9,102 nucleotides of DNA from Paraspadella gotoi (taxonomy: Eukaryota > Animalia > Chaetognatha): positions 1 through 9,102 of the forward strand of contig JBJCIZ010000718.1 of NCBI GenBank assembly GCA_051294375.1, written 5' to 3'. A program made the position numbers and the translations under genes. The notes under the pieces are model-generated. The model was given only the letters and a program-made list of their open reading frames with translations, was not told the DNA's origin and made no database searches. Below, in pieces: positions 1-8,034 of this stretch (positions are counted from its first letter, which is position 1; each line of letters starts with the position of its first letter).

Positions 1-217
1 TCCTTTTTTCCTTTTTTTTCTCATCTTATTTTTTTCAATCCACGAGAAAGAGATAACCTTTTATCTCTTCGCCGGGGAATTTTCCTCATCGTAATTTATT
101 CTATGTTGTTTTTTTCCTTTTTTTACTTTCGTAGCAGCTTCGCGTTTTCTTTTTGACATTGTTTTACACTTTCAGGTTATGCTTTTCTCCTATGTTCGCC
201 TTTTAAATATAGTAGAC

Positions 218-221
<4 letters not shown>

Positions 222-248
<27 letters not shown>

Positions 249-268
249 AGAAAGAGAGGAAAGAGAGA
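222..268 (+). repeat. (GA)n microsatellite
   Basis: Pure GA to about 248, then degenerate. Confidence 0.95.
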
Positions 269-270
269 CA

Positions 271-300
271 CCCCAAAACCCCCACCGCCCCACGTCCCCC
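271..300 (-). other. Potential G-quadruplex / intronic G-run tract (duplicated at 929-958)
   Basis: Minus strand reads GGGGG acgt GGGG cggt GGGGG tttt GGGG: four runs of 4 or more G with three 4-nt loops. Confidence 0.65.
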
Positions 301-313
301 ACTTTCAACTCAC

Positions 314-470
314 CTGGATCCCCTCTGCCTGAGACACTTGACGCGTGGTCGCTGCTCCGGCAGGCTCGAAGTCCACGGAATCCGTATTTAGCCTTGCATT
401 GATTCGTCGCATCGACTCTTTTGTCTAAAATCGCTTTCGTCGATGGATTTTCCCGACTTTTTGCACAATT
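314..470 (-). CDS. Duplicate of the candidate 157-nt exon
   Basis: Same sequence and splice sites as 972-1128. It is the non-repetitive core of ORF 177..569(-). Confidence 0.4.
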
Positions 471-632
471 CTGAGAAAGCGAGAGAGAGAGAGGAGGAGA
501 GCAAAACAAAATAGCGAGGATAGCGGCTCGAACACCAACAACAAGATTAGGCGCCATTCCGAAAACCAAATAAGGAAATTGAGGAATCCATCACCGACAT
601 CCACGAGGAAAACCGAGATGAGCTCGAAAAAG

Positions 633-664
633 ACGACGACGACGACGACGACGACGATGATGAT
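633..664 (+). repeat. (GAC)n/(GAT)n trinucleotide repeat
   Basis: Seen directly. Confidence 0.95.
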
Positions 665-713
665 AACAAAAGCGGCTACAAAAAGAAAGTCTAAAAAGAG
701 TACATAGTCTCGT

Positions 714-770
714 CGTCATCATTATTATCCTCCTCATTATCATTATCATCACCATCTTCCTCCTAATCAT

Positions 771-801
<31 letters not shown>
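714..801 (+). repeat. Imperfect (CAT)n trinucleotide repeat
   Basis: Seen directly; it explains the poly-Met ORF 591..827(-). Confidence 0.9.
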
Positions 802-926
802 CTTACCAGCATATTCGTCTCATTCATTCCTGATCATAATCCTTTTCGTCATCAGTCTTAGAATTTTCTCCTTTTCCTACTTTTCCTCCTTTTCCTCCTT
901 TTCCTCACCACCCAAATCACCCTCCC

Positions 927-1151
927 CACCCCAAAACCCCCACCGCCCCACGTCCCCCACTTTCAACTCACCTGGATCCCCTCTGCCTGAGACACTTGAC
1001 GCGTGGTCGCTGCTCCGGCAGGCTCGAAGTCCACGGAATCCGTATTTAGCCTTGCATTGATTCGTCGCATCGACTCTTTTGTCTAAAATCGCTTTCGTCG
1101 ATGGATTTTCCCGACTTTTTGCACAATTCTGAGAAAGCGAGAGAGAGAGAG

Positions 1152-1159
<8 letters not shown>
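927..1159. repeat. Direct repeat, copy 2 of 2 (233 bp)
   Basis: Identical to 269-501. Here the C-rich tract continues to the left (about 907-926) and the GA tract continues to the right (to about 1220). Confidence 0.95.
972..1128 (-). CDS. Candidate internal exon (157 nt), product unknown
   Basis: Minus strand: long (CT)n pyrimidine tract ending tttctcag|AATTGT, and CCAG|gtgagt consensus donor followed by G-runs. Only frame 0 is open throughout: NCAKSRENPSTKAILDKRVDATNQCKAKYGFRGLRACRSSDHASSVSGRGDP. Confidence 0.5.
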
Positions 1160-1187
<28 letters not shown>

Positions 1188-1220
1188 GAGAAGGAGAGAG
1201 GAGGAAAGAGAGAGAGACAG
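1139..1220 (+). repeat. (GA)n microsatellite
   Basis: Seen directly. Confidence 0.95.
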
Positions 1221-1451
1221 AGAAGCGAGAAGGAAATGATTTTATATTAAATTAATTTCGGAGCTTAAAGATAATTTTTTTTTATATGTTTCAAACAACC
1301 GGAATATCCTTAAAAATGCTATTCAAGTAATTCATGCTCAAATATTGTCATTTCTGAAGTAAAAATCAGACGCTTCTTTAGTAAAGTTATTATATTTAAA
1401 GTTCATACATATTCAACTGCTACTAATATGTAGTCTTTTAAAGACATATAC

Positions 1452-1506
1452 CCGACCATCCCGGCTCTCACACATGTTACCACAAGCCCCCTCTACCGTT
1501 CCCCCA
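1452..1506 (-). CDS. Candidate short exon (55 nt)
   Basis: Minus strand: strong acceptor ttttttttctctctgcag|TGGGGG and weak donor CGG|gtatat. It is a GC-rich island in AT-rich context. The open frame (x)GGTVEGACGNMCESRDGR ends in phase 0, compatible with the open frame of 972-1128. An alternative donor gtaaca lies at 1480. Confidence 0.3.
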
Positions 1507-2023
1507 CTGCAGAGAGAAAAAAAATGGCTTTTTGATGAAATGGAAATTGCCTCACTAACAAAAATTAGCGCGATTGGCTTAGCCAAAGAAGAGAAAAAAA
1601 GCCCGACGACGACGCGGACACGACGACGACGACGTTCAAGAACTTGACAAGAAAAAAAAAAAAGACAATCAGAGAAGAAAAATGAATCACATTTTCGGAG
1701 CTAAATTTTGTTTCTTTCGAGAACCCCATTTGTCTCCCCTGTGTGCACCTTGGTGAGCGGGGCGAGCAAAAACAATGAAAAAACCTTCAACCTTTTCTTC
1801 GCATTTAGTTCGTCTTTTGCTTTGCGCCGGGATTCCTGAGTTAGTATTGTTTATTTCAACCAATTGTTCGTTTGCGTTGTTCATTCGTTTTTTAACGTCA
1901 ACGTCGTACACTCGCCAGTTCATTCAATCGCTCGTTTTTCCGCGGTTATTTCATTCTTTTTTTTCGTGGTGGAATATCCAAGTTTTGTCGACTCTCGAGC
2001 TACCATCATCGATCAAACTAAAA

Positions 2024-2091
2024 GATAGAGGAGAGAGAGAGAGAGAGAAGAAGACGAGAGAGAATGAGAGAGAGAGGAGAGAGAGAGAATG

Positions 2092-2125
<34 letters not shown>

Positions 2126-2140
2126 AGAGCAGAGAGAGAG
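2024..2140 (+). repeat. Imperfect (GA)n microsatellite
   Basis: Seen directly. Confidence 0.95.
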
Positions 2141-2693
2141 GAATGGTCTGGAAATACGCGACACCATAAAATTGATTCGCACTGGAAAAGAAAACTTTAA
2201 AGAACTCTTTTCTCTTTTTTTAGTCGAGATGTTGAGAAAGTTAAAAAAAATGTTTGTTGAAATGCGGGAATGGAGGAAAATTAGAAAAGGGTTGAGGTGT
2301 GGAGGGGAGACAAAGCAATGGAGAGGAAAGCGGTTAGGGGTTAAAAAAAACCAAGGCATTGTCGTTGAGGAAAAAACCCAAAGTTGGAAAAAAAATGGTT
2401 TTTGAGAAAAAGAACAGCGAAAGTAGTCAGGAAATTAATTAGCGAAGAAAAAACCATTCCGCTTGGTCTTTTGGGGGGGAAGAGAGAGAGAAAAAAGTTA
2501 AAGTTAAACCGAAGAAAGACAGAGAGTTAGCAGAACAGAGCGAGACCAGAGAAGGGAAAGGAAGGAGGGAGAGAAAAGTGAAAACGATGGAAAAGGAGGA
2601 AAGGGAAAAAAAGTTGTTAAAAGGAAAGAAAGAAGAAATATATATGAAATTGAAAAAAAATGAAAAGCCAAAGAAAAGATAAGAGAAGAAGAT

Positions 2694-2743
2694 AAGAAAA
2701 GAAAAGAAAAGAAAAGAAAAAGAAAAGAAAAAGAAAAGAAAAG
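2694..2743 (+). repeat. (GAAAA)n repeat within a long A/G-rich low-complexity region (about 2480-3560)
   Basis: Seen directly. Confidence 0.9.
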
Positions 2744-3409
2744 AGACTCCATTAAAGAACCCTAAAAAAAAGGAATAAAAAAGAACCAAAGGCGGTTTAA
2801 GGAATCTCAATTGGATCGGTAAAAAAGTTTTAAAAAAGATAAGAAAAATGAAGGAGAAAGAAAAGAAAGAAAGAAAAGCAAGAAGGAAAGAAAGAAAGAT
2901 TCCAAAGTGAAGATTAAAATTGGGAGAAGAGAAATTTAAACTTGTTTACGCGAGGGGGAAATTTAACCGACCGTTAATGGGCTCGAGGAAATTAGATGGA
3001 TAAAAATGGAAGAAGAAATGAAAAAAAGGTGACGGAAGGAAAAATAAGGGAACAAAGAAAAGAAAGAAAGTGGAGGAAAAATAATAGAAAAAAAAAAAGG
3101 TCCTGAGGAAAGAGGAAAACAAGGTGGGTTCCATAATTATGGCTGATAGAAATTGGAAGGAATAATGAAAGAAATAAATATTCAAAAAGAAAAAAAGTTA
3201 TAATGTGTTGAGCAGAAAAAATTTAATCAGGAAAGAAAAAAGTTTTTTAAAAAAATTTTAAAGCTTTTAAAAGTTTTACCAAAATATTAAAAGAAAGGAA
3301 TAAGAATAAAGATTTTAAATTAAAAAAAATTAGAGGGATTAATAACCTTGAAACTGAAATATAGAAAAAAAATAGTAAAAAATTTAAAGTTTAAAAAAAA
3401 GAATTTATT

Positions 3410-3552
3410 AAGAAGTTGTAAAGAAAGAGTAAAAAATATTAGAAAGAAATAAAGAAAGAAGTAAATAAAACATAAAGAAAAAGAAGTTAAAGAAAGAAAA
3501 TATAGAAAAAAGTAAAGAAAGAGTAAAGAAAGAAGTAAAGAAAGAAATAAAG
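3410..3552 (+). repeat. Degenerate 11-12 bp tandem repeat (TAAAGAAAGAAG-like)
   Basis: Recurring gtaaagaaaga / ataaagaaaga units. Confidence 0.7.
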
Positions 3553-3633
3553 TACAGTGAAAAGTCTATCGAATTTGAAGCGGGAAAATTAAGCCTCAGT
3601 CTTGATTATAAACCATCGCCTCAACGTTTTTAC

Positions 3634-3639
<6 letters not shown>

Positions 3640-3678
<39 letters not shown>

Positions 3679-3745
3679 CTCTCTTTCTCTCTCTCATCTC
3701 TCTCTCTCTCCTCTCTCTCTCTCGCTCTCTCTCTTTTCTTCTTTC
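3640..3745 (+). repeat. (CT)n microsatellite
   Basis: Seen directly. Confidence 0.95.
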
Positions 3746-4257
3746 CACCCCTGAATCGAAATTCATAGTTAAAAGTAATATTCGATAGAATAAAAAACTT
3801 AAGCAAGAAATATTAACTCTCAAGACTTGGTCTCTAAATTTTTGATTATTTCAATTAAGCTCTAAAAAAATAGTTAAGCGTTTGAATTTTTCACCAATTT
3901 TCCCGACATCCTTTTTGCATATATAAAACTTCCCTGTTGGAAAACGACGTTGGTCATTATGTCGTAAACGTTTTTTCATGTATAAAAAGGTCTCAGATTG
4001 ACTTTTAACTTTAGCAACAAATAAAATGTACTGAAAACAAGTTAGCGCATTAAAAAAAAAAGTAATTTAATTTAACTCGTTAAAATAAAATGAGCTTTAA
4101 GTGAATCAATGGAGGAGAATAAAGAAAGGAGAGAACACTAGAGGAAATAAGGCCGTTGAGATTCTAGGGGAATCAAGAGAGAGAGAAAGAGAAAAGACGA
4201 CAAGTGTTTCACAGAATCGAATCCGACGATCAAGAATCACTGGGGACTCATCGACTG

Positions 4258-4460
4258 TTGTCGTCGTCAGTCATCGCGTCGTCGTCGTCCGTCGTCCGTT
4301 CGTCGTCGTTCTCGTCGTCTCGTCGTGGCGTCCCTCTCGTCCGACAGGTTTTCAAGCAAGGAAAAAAAAATCAATCCAAAAGTCGATTAATCGAAATCAA
4401 TGAGAACAAGAGAATATTAACCTCGTTGTCGTCGTCGTCGTCATCGCTGTCGTCGTCGAC
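4258..4460 (+). repeat. Two imperfect (GTC)n blocks (about 4258-4345 and 4424-4460)
   Basis: Seen directly. Confidence 0.85.
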
Positions 4461-4616
4461 GTAAGCGTCTTGTCATAATTCGTCTCGTCCTTTCTGATCG
4501 TCACCCGGCCGGCCAAGCGTGAGTGACAAAAAGCGACTGACAAGCAATGAGGGATTAAAATTATAAATCCGACAAAAAACAATTGCAAAAACAATTTGAA
4601 AAAACCTGTCTGATAC

Positions 4617-4619
4617 TTT

Positions 4620-4668
<49 letters not shown>

Positions 4669-4892
4669 TCTTTCTTTCTTTCTTTACTTTCTTTCTTCTT
4701 CTTTTTCTTTCTTTCTTTCTTTCTTTCTTCTTTCTTTCTTTTCTTTCTTTCTTTCTTGACCAAATCTTGCGTTTGAGGATTTTTTTCTAAACTTTTTCTG
4801 TTTTTTGTCTCTGTTTCTCTCTTCTCTCTCTCTCTCTCTCTCTTCTCTCCTCTCTCTCTCTCTCCCTCTCCTCTCTCTCTTCTCTCTCTCTT
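4617..4892 (+). repeat. (CTTT)n (about 4617-4756) followed by (CT)n (about 4808-4892)
   Basis: Seen directly. Confidence 0.95.
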
Positions 4893-4899
4893 CGCTGAA

Positions 4900-5025
4900 G
4901 TTAGCCATGAATTAGCGCGCGTCATACGTGATGAGTCACGTGATCAGGTTTGGTGAGGATTTGGAAAGCCGCGGCGTCACAACCAACGCGACCCGATGAC
5001 CCTTGTGACCCTCAAGTCACTTGCC
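4900..5025. promoter_or_regulatory. Putative cis-regulatory motif cluster
   Basis: TACGTG 4925-4930, TGAGTCA (AP-1 consensus) 4932-4938 overlapping GTCACGTGAT (E-box) 4935-4944, TGACCCttgTGACCC (nuclear-receptor DR3-like) 4997-5011, and CAAGTcACTTG palindrome 5013-5023. Confidence 0.35.
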
Positions 5026-5223
5026 TCAAAGCGGAAACGAGAAACATAACAACAAACAACGAAGACTATAAACAAACAAAGATGGAATAAACGTCAACAA
5101 ACGAATAAAAAAAATACGAAAAATAAATGGTTGAAAAAAAAAAAGCTCGCAAGCAAATAAACCATATTAAAAAAAAAAACAAAATTACTTAGAGGCAAAA
5201 AAAAAGAAACCCTATTAATAAAA

Positions 5224-5249
5224 AGAGAAGAGAGAGAGAGAGAGGAGAC

Positions 5250-5291
<42 letters not shown>
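5224..5291 (+). repeat. (GA)n microsatellite
   Basis: Seen directly. Confidence 0.95.
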
Positions 5292-5294
<3 letters not shown>

Positions 5295-5636
5295 AAAAAA
5301 AACGGAGAGTCCCCTCAATTCAAGTCGAAGAGTAATAAATTTCCAGTTGCCAATAGCCGCAAAAGGCTTTGTCGAGCGCGCTGAGGAGGAAAAAGGTAAG
5401 AGGAAGGAAGAGAGGTGAGAGGGACGTAGGGAGGAAGGAGAGGAAAAAAGGGAAATACGAGGAGGAGAGGAGGGGAGGGGAAAGGGAGGAGAGTAGGAAA
5501 GGAATGTGGCATGAAGGCGAGAAGAAGTGAGAGATGGAAAAAGACGGTTTGGAATTACATGGGAAAGAGAAAAGGTGTTGAGTGAATATTGAAAGGAGAA
5601 AACAAGAAGAAAGAGAAAGATGTACGAGAGTCCCGG

Positions 5637-5656
5637 TAGAGAGAAAGAGAAAGAGA

Positions 5657-5705
<49 letters not shown>
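5637..5705 (+). repeat. (GA)n microsatellite
   Basis: Seen directly. Confidence 0.95.
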
Positions 5706-5708
<3 letters not shown>

Positions 5709-5920
5709 GAAGATAGAACAGATAAACAAGAAGACGTGAAGTGACAAAAAATAAGTGGAAAAATGAAGAAGAAGAAGACCTGAAAGAAAGAAATTTATTA
5801 TAATGTCTAAAGGCAAATTTTAACTTTCTCCTTCAGCTCATCTTTTTTCCTTAAGGTATTTTCTAACTCACAGTTAAGTTATATTGCGATCTCATTTTCT
5901 TTCCCCTCTTTCTGGATGCT

Positions 5921-5946
5921 TTCTCTGTCTCTCTCTCTCTCTCTCT

Positions 5947-5983
<37 letters not shown>

Positions 5984-5988
5984 TCTCG
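5921..5988 (+). repeat. (CT)n microsatellite
   Basis: Seen directly. Confidence 0.95.
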
Positions 5989-6128
5989 TTCCTACCCTTA
6001 CCTTTTGCCGCCCCACGAAATCCTTGTCAAGGGGTTTTGAAATAATCTTCGAGAAAAATGGTGAAAGACCTTGAAAGAACTAAAAATGGAAGCTGGAAAA
6101 AATGACGAATGAGTTCGCGGCTGTGGGG

Positions 6129-6132
<4 letters not shown>

Positions 6133-6179
<47 letters not shown>

Positions 6180-6242
6180 AGAGAGAAGAGAGAGAGAGAG
6201 GAGAGATAGAGAGAGAGAGAGACGAGACGAGTGAAGGACAGA

Positions 6243-6273
<31 letters not shown>

Positions 6274-6286
6274 GAGAGGAGAAGAG
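6133..6286 (+). repeat. Imperfect (GA)n microsatellite
   Basis: Seen directly. Confidence 0.95.
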
Positions 6287-6427
6287 ATGAGACTCTTTTC
6301 TCAGATTGAACGAACCGAAGAAATGGAGTAAAGACAATGGGTAGCCCATATTTTTTCCCGCCGATGTGTTTTTTATTGCCTTAGTAACACAAGAAAAACA
6401 CGGAAAACGACTTTACTAAAAATCTCA

Positions 6428-6608
6428 AACGACGACGACGAAGACGACTGACGACGACGACCGTACTGCTCAACGATAATAACGACGTGACGACAGAATC
6501 GACGACTGGAGACGAGAATCCTCACCAGGGATTATGCAAAATGAACCTGACCCCGAACGACGCAAGTATGCAATGGTCGGAGGACGGACGAACGACGACG
6601 ACGACGAC
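6428..6608 (+). repeat. Imperfect (GAC)n blocks (about 6428-6510 and 6590-6608)
   Basis: Seen directly. Confidence 0.85.
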
Positions 6609-6936
6609 CAAGCACCGTTTGATGACCGTCACCAAAGGGCAAACAAGTAAACTCAATCAATGCAAAGACAGATGACGACGACAAGACAAAAGAGTATCTC
6701 GTTAGGTTGAAACTTGACGTTTCTGACAAAATTCGCTTTTGCCGGTGCAACCTTTGGTCATTGGTCAATGTGTGCAAGTTGTTGACCGACGCGGAGGTTC
6801 AAAACGCCACGAGTTTCTGCTTTACTTCATATTTTATAATTTATAAAATTATATTGTCGATAATGTCGGCCGCAATGTAGATCGTAACTTTAAAAAAAGT
6901 TCGGCCATTTGAATGATTGATCTCTGAATCACCTAC

Positions 6937-6970
6937 CTCGCCCTCTGGTCCTAACGTGTACATTGAGGGC
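6937..6970 (-). other. Candidate microexon (34 nt)
   Basis: Minus strand: (CT)n tract, ctaat branch-point-like motif (6983-6987), ccaag|GCCCTC acceptor and GAG|gtaggt donor. Confidence 0.3.
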
Positions 6971-6985
6971 CTTGGCGAGAGAATT

Positions 6986-7085
6986 AGAGACGGAGAGCAG
7001 AGAGAGAGAGAGAGAGAGAGACGATGAGAGAAGAGAAGAGTGATGAGAGTATAGAAGAAGGAGAGACGAGAGAGAGAGAGGAGAG
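6986..7085 (+). repeat. Imperfect (GA)n microsatellite
   Basis: Seen directly. Confidence 0.9.
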
Positions 7086-7124
7086 GCCAACTAGTCATTC
7101 GACACGGCGCTTTCGCAACTTTAC

Positions 7125-7220
7125 CCCGTTGCGTCTCGCTAACCCCAGAAGCTCGCATATAAAGTGGCGAGGGGTCGAGACCAAGTTTGCGGTTAACGAT
7201 TCCCGCTCGGTTCTTCGGGT
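7125..7220 (-). other. Weak candidate exon (96 nt)
   Basis: Unique GC-richer island bounded by ttag| and |gtaaag on the minus strand. The length is a multiple of 3 and two frames are open, but there is no good pyrimidine tract. Confidence 0.2.
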
Positions 7221-7224
7221 CTAA

Positions 7225-7276
7225 CCAATCCCCAATCCCCACATCCCCAATCCAACTAATCCACAATTCCCCAATC
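7225..7276 (+). repeat. Degenerate (CCCCAAT)n heptamer repeat
   Basis: ccaatc cccaatcccc acatccccaa tcc ... ttccccaatcc. Confidence 0.7.
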
Positions 7277-7428
7277 CTCCAAAATTCTAAAGTGTCCGGA
7301 AAAAGATCTGGACCGCAGTCTTAAAATCAGATGGGCCAATATGAGCAATTTTATCAAGTAGAGAGAGTGCAATGAGGACAAAGGCCAGAAAGGCCAAAGA
7401 TTTGGCCGATGACCGAAGAAGATAATTA

Positions 7429-7467
7429 TGACGACGACGATGACGACGACGACGATGAACGACGACG
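7429..7467 (+). repeat. (GAC/GAT)n trinucleotide repeat
   Basis: Seen directly. Confidence 0.9.
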
Positions 7468-7924
7468 GATTGACACGAGAGCAGACTGTCGAAAGCGAAA
7501 GTCTTCTCGTACAAATTTCGTAAAAATAGCTGAACGCGAAAAAAAAACCCGCACGTCACGCCCACATTCTGCTGAGAAAAGGTGGAACTGTGGGTGGGAG
7601 ACCGCGAAATGGAGGAAGCTGGGAGGTTGCGAGGGGGTGGAAGGGATGGTAGAAGTTGTTGGGTGGTTTGAGGAAGAGGAAAGGGGTAAGAGAGTTTAGA
7701 GTAAATAAAGAAAAGAAGAAAAAGAAACTGAGCGAACGATGGAAAATTTTGCTTTCTTTGGTTAAAAAAAAAAAGGAAGAGAGAAAAAAAAAGGAAGACT
7801 TTTTTTTACTTAGGAAAAACAGGAAAACAGAAAACAAAAAAGTGGAAGAAAGAAAAAGCGAAAAGAGAGATGATTGAATTGGTTTGAATCAAAAGAAAAA
7901 AGACGGACGAGGAAAGAAAAAACA

Positions 7925-8030
7925 GAGAGAAGAGAAGAGGGGAGAGGAGAGAGAAGAGGACGAGAGAGAGATGAGAGAGAGAGAGAGAGCGGAGAAGAGA
8001 TGAGACAAAGAGATGAGAGAGAGAGAGGGA
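7925..8030 (+). repeat. Imperfect (GA)n / purine tract
   Basis: Seen directly. Confidence 0.9.
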
Positions 8031-8034
8031 AAGT

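Larger units (their letters stand above)
269..501. repeat. Direct repeat, copy 1 of 2 (233 bp)
   Basis: By-eye alignment shows identity to 927-1159 at offset 658, from caccccaaaacc to gaggaggagag. The flanking bases differ on both sides. Confidence 0.95.

Noticed and set aside
269-1159. LTR pair or CRISPR-like repeat interpretation of the 233-bp direct repeat
   Set aside because: There are no TG...CA termini, primer-binding site or target-site duplication, and the interior is simple repeats. Two long copies do not form a repeat-spacer array.
1563-4919. AATTAGCGCG at 1563-1572 and 4910-4919 (AATTAGCG also at 2437-2444)
   Set aside because: Repeated 10-mers are expected by chance many times in 9 kb.
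4461-5420. Plus-strand donor-like motifs (gtaagc 4461, gtgagt 4519, gtaaga 5396, gtgaga 5415)
   Set aside because: There are no matching upstream acceptors or credible reading frames, and such motifs are expected in a purine-rich strand.
6330-6344. aaagacaatgggtag resembles mature miR-71 (as recalled)
   Set aside because: The seed is mismatched, there is an insertion, and I saw no complementary hairpin arm nearby.
6831-6849. Inverted repeat attttataa-t-ttataaaat
   Set aside because: A short, pure-AT palindrome in AT-rich sequence; not a credible terminator or element end.
7225-7276. Telomeric repeat interpretation of (CCCCAAT)n
   Set aside because: Too short and degenerate, internal in the window, and not matching TTAGGG, TTAGG, TTAGGC or TTTAGGG arrays.
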